Assembly (NCBI RefSeq): GCF_009914755.1
Contig: NC_060945.1
Strand: one strand, 5' to 3'
Origin: the human T2T-CHM13v2.0 reference genome, Homo sapiens
DNA: 64,000 nucleotides
Positions 41,287 to 53,454 of this stretch are shown here, in pieces. How positions within the stretch are numbered: position 1 is the first letter of the stretch; every line of letters begins with the position of its first letter. Position numbers and translations under genes: made by a program. Under the pieces are notes generated by a model. It did no database searches and was not told the origin of the DNA. It was given only the letters and a program-made list of their open reading frames with translations.

Positions 41287-41920
41287 TGTCAGAGGCATTC
41301 AAACCAGAGTCACTCCATCCTGAATAGGGGCTGGATAAAATAAAGCTAATACCTACTGGGCTGCATTCCTAGGTGGTTAGGCATTCTTATTCACAGGATG
41401 AGATAGGAGGTTGGCACAAGATGCAGATCACGAAGACCCTGCTGACAAAACATGTTGCAGTAAAGAAGCCAGCCAAAACCCACCAAAACCAAGATGGCAA
41501 CAAAAGTGATCTATGGTTGTAGTCACTGCTCATTATATGCTAATTATACTGCATTAGCATGCTAAAAGACACTCCCACCAGCACCATGAGAGTTTACAAA
41601 TGCCTTGGCAATGCCCAGAAGTTATCCTATATGGTCAAAAAGGGGAGGAACCCTCAGTTCTGGGAAATCCCTGCCCCTTTCCCAGAACACTCATGAGTAC
41701 TCCACCTCTTGTTTAGCATATAATCAAGAAATAACTATAAATATATTCAGTCAAAGAGCCCCTGCCACTGCTCCACCTGTGAAGTAGCCCTTCTTTTATT
41801 CCTTTACTTTCTTAATAAATTTGCTTTCACTTTACTCTATGGACTCACCCCAAAATCTTTCTTGCGTGAGGTCCCAGAACCCTCTCTTGGGGTCTGGATT
41901 GGGACACCTTTCCGGTAACA
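41287..41920 (+). mobile_element. MER41B-like solo LTR (ERV1)
   Basis: tgtcagaggcattcaaaccagag...ctttccggtaaca; 4-bp TSD ctct. Confidence 0.92.
41658..41687. promoter_or_regulatory. Tandem GAS (STAT1-type) motifs in MER41
   Basis: TTCTGGGAA at 41658-41666 and TTCCCAGAA at 41679-41687, both TTCN3GAA. Motif only; binding not shown. Confidence 0.6.
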
Positions 41921-42448
41921 CTCTCAACTATAATTGCCGTCCACTTTTATCTACTTCTCTACAATATAAATATCTAATTTCTGCCAGGGTTCAGTTTAGT
42001 CTTTTTACTAGTGGATCATTTTTGGAGAAGGAATTTGGGAGCTAAACTGCATCTCATGTAGTCTCTCAACCAACACTTATATTTTCAGTCAACAACCCCA
42101 CTTTAAAAGGTATCAATGCCTCCAAGTTTTGAGCATTTCTTGGGGCCTATAGCACAAATAATACTGTTTTGAGGTTCTGTTATTGCAAACATTGCTTTTT
42201 CACCATATTTTGTTAGTTGTTAGATGTCACTAATCCACCAGCTCTCCAGTTTCCAAAATACTCTTGCTCTTACTTTTTCTGCCTCCTTTTTATCCTCCTT
42301 ATAAATTTGTCATTTACAATTTTTTTTTTTTTACTGTCATTTATGTGGAATTTTGGGGGGAAATAGAAATAAACAAAGTTTCAATTCACCATCACTTGCA
42401 GCTATCATTCTTTAATGTAATGCAAAGATCTCCTTTATTGGAACTTCA

Positions 42449-42821
<373 letters not shown>

Positions 42822-45451
42822 CTACTTTATGTAATACAATCTGATAAACACTTAGTATAAGTGTCTACAAATATACACAGAAGATGTATGCAGTTGCTTT
42901 AAAGTAATAGATCATTTCTATATTTCTAACGTGTGCTTAAAGCTAAATACAGATTTATACAAATGCTAGCGTCTAAGAATGGATAATGCTCCAATATGCA
43001 ACTGTGTTTTCCATAGCTAACTGGGTACAAATTACCATAGTTCATGAAGAAAATATTTTATTGGCATGTGCCATGTACTAGGCTATTTGCTGAGAATACA
43101 TTGTTGAATTAAATATAGGTCCTGCCCTCAAAAAATAGTTCATGCTTTCTGTGATGTAGTGTGATATATAAATTCTGTTGACATTTGAAAAACAGAAAAC
43201 TACTCATTTAACTGCTTTCTCAAAGAATATGTCTTCAATATTTAAACAACAAAATTTACTCTAATAGTAATTGCATCCTGTGTCAAATTGTTGAATCCCT
43301 GTAGATGACATAGTATCTGGATTAAAATTCACTGACACGAGCTAAGGACCTACTATGTGTTAGACTTTGAGGTGCTTTTGCCTACCTTATTTAATCATCT
43401 AAGCAATCAGTTTCTGTAAATAGAATTATTTCTTTCAGGCAGAAGAAATGAAATCCCAGGTTATTAAAAAGAATGACTACATTATGTTGTGGGAGCAAAG
43501 AGTAAACTGCAAAGAAGAAAACTACAAAATTTCAGTGGCTTTAAACAAAAAAATAATTCCTCATGTATACAAAATGATTAATGAGTTTGCCTTTCTCACT
43601 CAGGGTCCTTGAGTTTACTCTCTAGAACATTGCTGATTATGGTAGAAGAAAGCAATAACCTGCTTGACCTTATCCTATAGTTACTTTAACCTATAACCAT
43701 AGAATACAACTGGTTATATGACTTATCCTAATTTTAAGGGGTCAGTGATCCCCTTCTTCCCGCCTATAAATAAATGTAAACCTGACATTGGTGAATAGTT
43801 GTCATGCTTAGTGGGCCTGGTGGGTACTTCCTAACCAGAGCTTAAAACAGACTGCCATATATATGGCAGGTACCTTCTGCATATACTGGCTTCATAATCA
43901 AATCCAATACTTCCCAAACACTGTCCTCAAACACTGGACCATGACTGCCTGTACTTACCAGACACAAACCTGGGATGTCATTGAGAAGGGGATTCTGGGA
44001 AACGTAGTTCCAGACCTCTTCTCTGGGATATGTAGGGAGACATAGAAGCAGGTGGGGGTAATGAAGCATTGTAGCACACTCAGGAAAATTAAACAAAACA
44101 TCTTAAATTCCAACAGGAAATGTGTGGCCACACATCCCTTATGAGACCAATGTTCTATAACTGCAAGTTCAATATTATTTTTATTATGCTGGTGTTTCTT
44201 AGGCTTTATTGCAATTATAATAACACCTTACCTTGCTATTTATATCCTTTTAAATTTTTGACATTATTTTTTGCTTAGAAGCTTTTTTTTAAAAAAAAAA
44301 AATCAGTGCATGAGAAAGTAAAAGACAGCGCCAACTTAGGAAGGACCATGGTCCCAGACAGAAATAGCAGTACCCAGAACTAGAAGAGAGAATCTAGGAA
44401 TACTAAGGCAGGACAGAGAGATGTATCCCTGGTCCCATGGGAATGAGAAAATTAGCAATTTGGATTAGAGAGTGAACAGTTGAAAAGCAGACACACACAG
44501 GGTTCCTGATATTCTGCCAGAATAAGAGAGCTTGAAACCACGAAGGAAAGTTCTGCCAAGGATGAGATGGGAATAGACTGACATTTGAAATTCAATGTAT
44601 GAGATGATGATGGACCTGGGAGAGCCAGGCCAGGTCTGAGAAAGCAGTGCTGGTGTTGAGAAGTGGATAGATCCTTAGGATGGGGGATAGAGGTTGGGCT
44701 AAGGGACAGAGTTGGCTAGGGAGGCATGGAATTTGAAGTTAAAATTATCATGAGAGATGGTTTAGGGAAAGGTGATAAAGGAAAAGTGTGGGTTAATATT
44801 ATATGGGCCTTAAGTTGTTTTTGGGGTGAGGAGTAAGAGATGGTCTTGTGACTGGGGTGTGGTGGCTGAAGCAGTGAGGACCTGGGATGCTGCTGCAGGT
44901 TAGAGAGAAAGTCTCCTACATCATATTAGAGCAGTGTTGGGTTGGGAGATCCTGCAGTAGCAGGCATCTCTGCTCTTCTGAGCTAGGACCTTGAATGGAC
45001 CAGCTTCTGTTAAAACTGGGCAAGGAAAGATAACATGAATACCATTTTCTTCTTTTATTTTCTTCTTAGTGCCTCATGGTTCCCTTTCACATCAACTCCA
45101 GTCAAGGCAATAAATAAATAGTGTATAGGTAATATCTTTTAATAAGCATTAGTTTAACAACATGTGCTCTCTGATACTAAGTAAAATATTCTTTAACATT
45201 TTTGTGGTTGCAATAAATAAATGGGAAAATGTATCAAGAAGATTCTAAATTGCTCATTTTTTTACCTTTGTTTTTAGATTTTACTCCTTAATTGAAACTG
45301 ATGAAAATATTCAAAAGTTTAGTCAATGGAGTGTATGAATATTATTTCAATTTATGTAATGCACAATAGAAATATGCTTAGATTATTTTTAACAAATAAC
45401 ATGGTAGAAAGTGCTATCAACTTTTAATCAACAGAACTCAGCTATGAATAT

Positions 45452-45453
<2 letters not shown>

Positions 45454-45495
<42 letters not shown>
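45454..45495. repeat. (GT)21 microsatellite
   Basis: Perfect GT run. Confidence 0.97.
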
Positions 45496-45497
<2 letters not shown>

Positions 45498-46377
45498 GAT
45501 AAGGGTATTTTCCCTGCCTTTTCTTTTCTTTTTATTTTTCTTTTGAGGAAGCAAGACTGAAATTAGCACTAAAATCTGGACCATTTACAAGGTTGCTTGG
45601 CTTTATGAAGATTGCAGATATCTAGGCCTTGGGATCCGGTGCCTTAATGCATCTTGTTTTACCCTGAGAGGCACCTCCTTTTTTAGAAATCTTGTCCTTT
45701 CAACAAAGGAAAGTCACTGAGTGGTAATTTAATCTTGAAAACTAGCTTGGATTTTCTGGCAACAAAAAAAGAGAAAAACAGTATTGGAAAAAAATAATAC
45801 TTGCAACTAAAAGCTGGAGAGGAAGGGGGAAAGAACTCCTTGAAAACAATTATGACTCAGGCAGTTTCATCTGTTAAAATGCGTGGTACTAGGTGAAAGA
45901 GCTTGAGCATTGTGGGATCTTGTCACCAGCTCCAATTAGGGACCAGCCCAGAGGTCACCAAAAAGAGAAGGTAACTCACAAAAGATTTTCCTCTTTAAGA
46001 ATATTTTTGTTTTTTACTGATGGAAGAATGAGTTATTTACTTGTTTTTCTAGGACTGCAATATTTTTAGAGATAAGAAAAACAGCACAATAACATTTTTA
46101 TTGCTCTGGAATAAGGCATGTCACATTTTTTTCATTGGATGTAATCACGGTGTTAAGAATCTGATTGGATTGTGGTTGTTTTTGCTATTGTCACTGAATG
46201 TCATATTGGCAACATTTAAAAGCCAGATGTGTCAGGAAGTGATGTGGAAGGGAACTACTCAAAACAAATGTGCGCAGCTGACTTTTAAAATATTTATGCT
46301 TTTTTAAACAGAAAGATTATACTTTTCATTTGGATGCTTCTTAAATGATTTATTTTTTGTAATTTACTCAGAAGTAG

Positions 46378-46748
46378 TGTATTAGTCTGCTGAGGCTGCT
46401 ATAACAAAATACCACAGATGGGGTGGTGTAAACAACAGGAATTTATTTTCTCACAGCTCTGGAGGTTGGAAGTCCAAGATGAAGATTTAGGCCATTAAGT
46501 TTTGGTGAAGTGTCTCTTCCTAGCTTGCAGGTGGCCATCTCATTATATGCGCATGTGACTTCCCTGTAGAGAAAGGGAAACCTCTCTCTCCTTTTCCTAT
46601 AAGGCCACCAGTCCTATTAGGCCCCATTCTTATGATGTCATTTAACCATAATTAATTATTTTCTAAACACCCTATTTCCAAATACAATCACATAAGGGGT
46701 TAAGGCTTCAAATACCAATTTTGGGAGGACATAATTTAATCCAAAGCA
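46378..46748 (-). mobile_element. MLT1A/B-type MaLR LTR
   Basis: tgtattagtctgctgaggctgctataacaaaataccacaga...tctggaggttggaagtccaagat; near-TSD agtag/agcag. Confidence 0.85.
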
Positions 46749-46856
46749 AGCAGCTTACACTAAAAGTGTTAGTGTCATAATAAAGACAGGGGTAAGATGT
46801 GAAAAATGGTGACTATTCTTAGGGTTCTAGGCATTCTTTTCAGAGTAGCCCTTTCC

Positions 46857-46860
<4 letters not shown>

Positions 46861-46902
<42 letters not shown>

Positions 46903-46909
46903 ACACACA
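46861..46909. repeat. (AC)n microsatellite
   Basis: AC run with one interruption. Confidence 0.95.
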
Positions 46910-49106
46910 TTTAGAGAGAAAGACAGAGTAGATTGTTGCCAATGATGGACTATAAAAGTTGACTTCTTTCTTGAAAATGCATTCGTATGAAAATCTGAAA
47001 GTGACTCCAAAGATAGCATTAGAATTTGCATTGCATGGCTATTGTTAAGCTTAAGATATACAACACCTTACATTTAGGTTTCATTTACTATTTTTTAAAT
47101 CTCTCTCCAGGCGAAATATTTTGTGTGATCCTTGCAATTCTTCTGATAGGAAATCTGTCCTTAGGCCTTGGCTGTGTGGCTGAGGGAACTGAGTAATAGC
47201 ATAGTAGAGACAGCAGTAAATACACTGTAAAATTAGAAGTTCCAGAGAGAAGCTCCAGCTCTTCACCTGCAGGAGGTTAAATTAGTAATCTGGGATATGG
47301 GACTCTCTCTCAAACATGAGGGTGTTGTATTGAATGAAATTCCAAGGCTTCTCCTTGTTTTAAAGTTCTGTGTTTCTATGAAACACTAAGAAAATGAAGA
47401 GATTTGCTTTTAGCCACACAGTGAATTAATAAAAGTTATGAATTTAAAACTATGTTTTTCTGACTTGCAGCTCATGGAATTTTGCAGAAATATCAAAGCT
47501 CTAGCGTCAAGGTTCCTCACCCTAATTCTCTTGACATCATTGGAGTCTTATGTTTCGCTTAACTTCAATGGTTAAAACACAGAAAGGACATCTCCCTTTA
47601 AGGCTTAGTAGGAGAAAATACCTGTTTTCTGTTCTATAGAGAGTTGTGTCTTTTCTTAGAAGAGAAAAAAATGATGACTGCAGATGTTTAAGAGGGCGGC
47701 TATAAATCCAGTGAGCTATAAACAAGAATTGTGATGAGAACAAAACCCAGTGCCCTTATAGGGAAACCCAGACATGCAAAGATTTGTACATGCGCCTTGG
47801 GCTATGGTTGAGTGTTTTAAAGCTGCTTGTGGTGGTGCTAAGAGTTTGTCTGTAAAATGAGACATGAATGATATCTGGCAGAGCTGAAGCTCAAAGAACA
47901 ATCTGAGGCCGCTTGTGTTTACACTTGCACAATGATAGTTGTAAGCAGATCTTTTTAAACAAGGCAGAACAATTTAGAAGGATTAAGAGATCTAAACTAA
48001 GCAGAGTGTGTGCCACAATTTTCTTCCTTTCTAAAGCTTCTTGAAATTAAGCTCCCCATGGTGATAAACCTAGAAGAAAGGGATTTTGAGAGTTCCTTTT
48101 AAGAAATTTGCTCCCTATGGGATCTTGTTGCTTGTTCCTTGAGTTTATAATGTCACTTCTTTTGTTCCATGGGGCTAATCCATTTTGGTTATTTTCCATG
48201 AGGTAGCAAATAGTTTCAATGAGGTGGCTCCCTGAGGCTAAGGTAAAAGGGCACATAGATTTTCAGTCTCATTCTTTGTTTACATATGTTCAGAATATAA
48301 TGGAAAATGTCCTTCAGTTCATAAATCATCCTTGTTTTGTCTCCATTCCAAGATAAATTTAGTTTAGGAGAAGTTGCAATACCATTCTCTGTCACTTTTG
48401 ATTTATGTTAGAATGAAAGAAAAACTCCAATGGTGGATCCCTTCTCTACTGCTGTCCTGGGACTTCATTTAGTATTAGGGTTGCCTTTCCAGTGAAACCA
48501 CATAATTAGTCCTTTGGCTACTATATTGAACAACAATCTCAATTTCTCACATTCACCCAATGTGGGGGAGAAACTTCAGCATAATACCTTTTGCTGCTTG
48601 GAAAGAGCACATATGTTTTGATACATCAAATTGGAAGTCACTCAGAGGAGAGTCATAAGTCCATGACTAAGCTATATATCCAGATGTTTCATCACTGAGT
48701 ACTTTACCCTGAATAAGAGCATGGCTCAGAATATTACTATATATAAAAACATAGGACTGATTAGCAGGTTCTTGTGGACAGGGAATTCTATATATTTATA
48801 CATATATAATATACCTTATACTAACCATATAATTACACTCCTATAATACAAGTGATAAATTAATATATTATATATAATAGAAACAATAAAATTAGATTAT
48901 TGTCATAATATTCATACAATTATGTAGATCTCATTCAATGAACTGTTTTTTGAGTAATTTTATTAATTTAGCTCTCATGTTGACACTGCTAAAGATACAA
49001 AAGAAGGGTATGACAGTCCCCGATTCATCCAGAACTCTTAAAATGAAAGTGTTATATATGGTTCCACCAGGCTAGAGGGATATAATACAGCTAAATCGCT
49101 TGAATA

Positions 49107-49279
49107 ATTTTTTTTTTTTTGAGACAGGGTCTTGCTCTGTTGCTAGGCTGGAGTACAGCAGTGACATTACAGCTCACTGCAGCCTCAAACTCCTAGGCTC
49201 AAGCAATTAGGCTCAAGCGATTCTCCCACCTCAGCCTCCCAAGTAGCTGGGACTGCAGGCACATGCCACCACGCCCAGC
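49107..49279 (-). mobile_element. Monomeric Alu (FRAM or AluJ right arm) with 14-bp internal tandem duplication
   Basis: Poly-T, gagacagggtcttgctctg...ccaccacgcccagc; taggctcaagc(a/g)at repeated twice. Confidence 0.85.
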
Positions 49280-49664
49280 AAATCTGAGTAATTTTCATCA
49301 AGAAAAGAATAAATTTGCGATTTACTTTTTCAATGTGATTACTTTTTAAGATTGTCAATATAAATTGATGTATAACATTTTACTGCCCCAATAGCTTTCT
49401 CTCTCTCTCCCTACCTTACCCGACATCCCTGCATCTTTCTTTTCATTTCTTTTCTTCTTTTTTTTATTGATAATGTTCTAGGCAACCTCTGGTGTTATGC
49501 GGAGTTAGGTAGGGCAGGTAGGCTTCAATTGCTTCTGCCTCACCACATCAGTCCCCCTAAGTAGTTCAGAGACCTTTCTGTATGTTCTTTGTTACTGCCC
49601 TTCCTAACATGAATGCTCAGCTCAACTTTACTACAGTGAGTACAGTTGCCTTCTTCTATCATAT

Positions 49665-50108
49665 TGATATGGAAGGGAAGTGCTGGGAAGGGAAGAGTGT
49701 GGTCCCTTTAAATGATACAGAACAGGGAAGGGAAGGGCATGGTCCCTGGCTGGGGCTCCATCTCCCAGGCCTGTGCCCACAGACCTAGGTGAGGACAGGT
49801 ATTTTTGTTTTCCAGTCCAGATATTTCATTTCCCAAGACCACTCTGACCTGCCACGCCACCCATCTTGTGCCTATGAAAACTCTGGAGACCCTAGCAGGC
49901 AGGCACACAAGTGGCTGGACATCAAGAGGAGCGGATCGGTGGAAGAAGATACAGGTAGCTGGACGTCGAGAGCAGCACATCAGTGGAGGAACAGATGGGC
50001 AGTTGGATGTGGAGAGGAGCGCATCAACAGGCACCGATACACTGGCAGGCCACCGACCAGCAGAAGAACAATGCAGAGTTTGACTTGGGGCAGTAGGAGG
50101 AGAGCCCA
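49665..50108 (+). mobile_element. LTR1-family (ERV1) LTR, 3' truncated
   Basis: tgatatggaagggaagtgctgggaagggaag...gtccctttaaatgatac start and internal gctggacgtcgaga repeats; ends abruptly at the L1. Confidence 0.82.
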
Positions 50109-52200
50109 GTGCCATGTGGCACTGAGAAGAATGTATATACTGTTGATTTGGGGTAGACAGTTCTGTAGACATCTACTGGTTTCACTTGATCCAGTGCTGA
50201 GTTCAAGTCCTGAATATCCTTGTTAATTTTCTGTCTGGGTGATCTGTCTAATACTGACAGTGGAGTGTTAAAGTCTCCCACTATTATTGTGTGGGAATCT
50301 AAGTCTCTTTGTAGGTTTCTAAGAACTTGTTTTATGAACTGGGTGTCCTGAGATATCCTGAGATATCTTGTATTGTGTGCGTGTATATTCAGAATAGTTA
50401 GCTCTTCTTGTTGAATTGTTCCCTTTACCATTATGTAATGCCCTTCTTTGTCTTTTTTGATCTTTGTTGGTTTAAAGTCTGTTTCTTCAGAGACCAAGAT
50501 TGCAAGCCAAGCTTTTTTATTTGCTTTCCATTTGCTTGGTAAATTTTCCTCCATCCTTTTATTTTGAGCCTGTGTGTGTCATTGCACATAAGATGGGTCT
50601 CCTGAATACAGCACACCGTGGGTCTTGACTCCTTATCCAATTTGCCAGGCTGTATCTTTTAATTGGGTCATTTAGCCCATTTACACTTAAGGTTAGTATT
50701 GTTATGTGTGAGTTTGATCCTCTCATCATGATGCTATTTGGCTATTTTGCACACTAGTTGATGCAGTCTCTTCATAGTGTCATTGGTCTTTATATATTGA
50801 TGTGTTTGTGAATGGCTGGTACTGGATTTTCCTTTCCACATTTAGTGCTTCTTTCAGAAGCCCTTGCAGGGCAGGCCTGGTGGTAATGAAATCCCACAGC
50901 ATTTGCTTGTCTGGAAAGAATTTTATTTCTCCTTTGCTTATGAAGCTTAGTTTGGCTGGATATGAAGTTCTGGGCTGAAAATTCTTTTCTTTAAGAATTT
51001 TGAATATTGGTCCCCAATCTCTTTTGGCTTGTAGAGTTTCTGCTGAGAGGTCCACTGTTAGTCTGATGGGCTTCCCTTTGTAAGTGACCTGGCCTTTCTC
51101 TCTGGCTGTCCTTAATAGTTTGTCCTTCATTTCGACCTTGGAGAATCTGATGATTATGTGTCTTGCGGTTGACTTTCTCATGGAGTATCTTAATAGTGTT
51201 CTTTGTATTTCCTGAATTTGCATGTTGGCCTGTCTTGCTAGGCTAGGGAAGTTCTCCTGGATAATATCCTGAAGCGTGTTTTCCAGCTTGTTTCCATTCT
51301 CCTCATCTCCTTCTGGTACTCCAATCAATTGTAGGTTCAGTCTTTTCATTGAAGTCCCTTATTTCTGGGAGGCTTTATTCATTCCTTTTCATTCTTTTTC
51401 TTGTATGCATACCTTATTTCAGTAAGGTGGTCTTCAAACTCTGATATCCTCTCTTCTGCTTGGTTGATTCAGCTATTGATACTTGGGTATGTTTCAGGAA
51501 GTTCTTGTGCTGTGTTTTTCAGCTCCATCAGGTCATTTATGTTCCTCTGTAAACTGGCTATTCTAGTTAGCAATTCCTCTAACCTCTTATCAAGGTTCTT
51601 AGCTTCTTTGCATTGGGTTAGAACATGCTCCTTTAGCTCATCACAGTTTTTTATTACCCATCTTCTGAAGCCTACTTCTGACAGTTCATCCATCTGTTCT
51701 TCCATTCAGGCACCCTTGATGGAGAGATGTTGTGATCATTTGGAGTAGAAGAGGTCCTCTGGCCTTTTGAGTTCTCAGCATTTTTTTCTTTGATTCTTTC
51801 TTATCTTTGTGAGTTTGTCTAGCTTTGGTTTTGAGTCTACTGACCCATGGATGGGGTTTTTGTGGGGGCCTTTTGTTGTTGTTGATGCCATTGTTGCTGC
51901 TTTCTGCTTGTTTGTTTTTATTTCAATAGTCAGGTCCCTGATTTGTAGGGCTGCTGCAGTTTGCTGGGGATTTGCTTCAGGCCTTATTCATCTGATTCAC
52001 GTTCCCCATGTGGCTCTTAGGTGGGCCACCGCACCACACTGTTCTTCCTTCTCTTCATGGGTCATGCCAGACTTCTAGTCAATTTTGATGAGAGAAACTG
52101 GATACCTTGGTTGCCAGTGAAGGATTCACATGCATATTATGGTATTTTTCGATGGGAGTCTCTGAACACAGCTGCTTCTAGTCTGTCATCTTGGCCTCAC
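50108..52200 (-). mobile_element. Older L1PA 5' portion (5' UTR remnant, ORF1, ORF2 endonuclease), 3' truncated
   Basis: ORFs 51469-51705 and 50780-51349 match L1 ORF1p (RHIIIRFSKVEMK, KGKPIRLTVDLSAETLQ); 50431-50640 and 50024-50554 match the ORF2 endonuclease (CCIQETHL, IIVGDFNTPLS). Confidence 0.95.
50780..51800 (-). pseudogene. Disrupted L1 ORF1p
   Basis: Split over several frames, with a deletion between the coiled-coil and RRM parts. Confidence 0.85.
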
Positions 52201-52315
52201 CAATATTGCTGATTTTCATTTAGCTGTAAAAATAACATCATTTCCTCTAATTTTAAGAAAGGACAATGGGGAAAAAGTATTTTGAATCTATCCCATGTGT
52301 TCCCATTATAAATGT

Positions 52316-53366
52316 TCTGATGGTTAATACCAAGTGTTAACTTGATTGGATTGAAGGATACAAAGTATTGATCCTGGGTGTGTCTTTGAGGGTGTTGCCA
52401 AAAGAGATTAACATTTGAGTCAGTGGGCTGGGGAAGGCAGATCCATCCTTAATCTGGTAGGCACAATCTAATCAGCCACCAACAAATATAAAAGCAGGCA
52501 GAAAAATGTGAAAAGGAGAGACTGGCCTAGCCTCCCAGCCTACATCTTTCTCCCATGCTGGATGCTTCCTGCCCTCGAACATAGGACTCCAGGTTCTTCA
52601 GTTTGGGACTTGGACTGGCTCTCCTTGCTCCTCAGATTGCAGACAGCCTACTGTGGGACCTTTTGCTCATGTAAGTTAATACTTAATAAACTCCCCTTTA
52701 TATATATATATACACACACATATATATACACACAGAGGCATATATACATATACACACATATATACATATACATATATACACACATATGCATATACATATA
52801 TACACACATATACATATACATATACACACACATATACATATACATCTACACACACACACATAGGATATATATATATATAGAACATATGTGTATATATAGG
52901 ATATATATATAGATATATATAACATATGTATATATAGGATATATATATAGATATATATAACATATGTATATGTAGGATATATATCCTATTCTATCCCTCT
53001 AGAGAACATATATATATATAATATATATATATATAATATATATATGAAAAACAAACAAGGAAAAAGCAACAACAATGGCATCAACAACAACAAAAAGGCC
53101 CCCACAAAATCCCCATCCAAGGGTCAGCAGCCTCAAAGACCAAAACTGGACAAACTCACAAAGATGAGAAAGAATCAAAGAAAAAATGCTGAAAACCCAA
53201 AAGACCAGAGGGCCTCTTCTCCTCCAAATGGTCGCAACATCTCTCCATCAAGGGTGCAGAACTGAATGGAGGATCAGATGGATGAATACCAAAATCTGTA
53301 TTTGTCAGGGTTCTCTAGAGGGATAGAACTAATAGGACACCCCTCTATAGAACCCTGACAAATACA
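52316..53366 (+). mobile_element. MLT2A 5' LTR of HERV-L, expanded by (TA)n tracts and a templated insertion
   Basis: t(c)tgatggttaatac...cttgattggattgaagg start; ends gaaccctgacaaataca. Confidence 0.92.
53047..53286 (+). repeat. Inverted copy of L1 segment 51685-51919 inside the LTR
   Basis: Aligns to the reverse complement of 51685-51919 (~85-90% by eye); no L1 3' end or poly-A. Confidence 0.85.
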
Positions 53367-53375
53367 GATCTTGGT
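53288..53375. repeat. Fold-back hairpin of the LTR end and PBS start
   Basis: 35-bp arms 53288-53322 and 53341-53375 with 2 mismatches and an 18-nt loop. Confidence 0.92.
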
Positions 53376-53454
53376 CCCGGGAGGCATTCTAGACAAATAG
53401 AATATTAAAGATGGAGTTCTTTTGTTGGTTTTGGGGTTTCTGGAGTTGGCTGCT

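Noticed and set aside
49905-50030. Three ~45-bp repeats (gctggacgtcgaga…) in LTR1
   Set aside because: Internal tandem structure typical of the LTR1 family.
52648-52963. Multiple ORFs in the HERV-L 5' LTR
   Set aside because: Translations of the (TA)/(CA) microsatellite that commonly expands in MLT2A LTRs.
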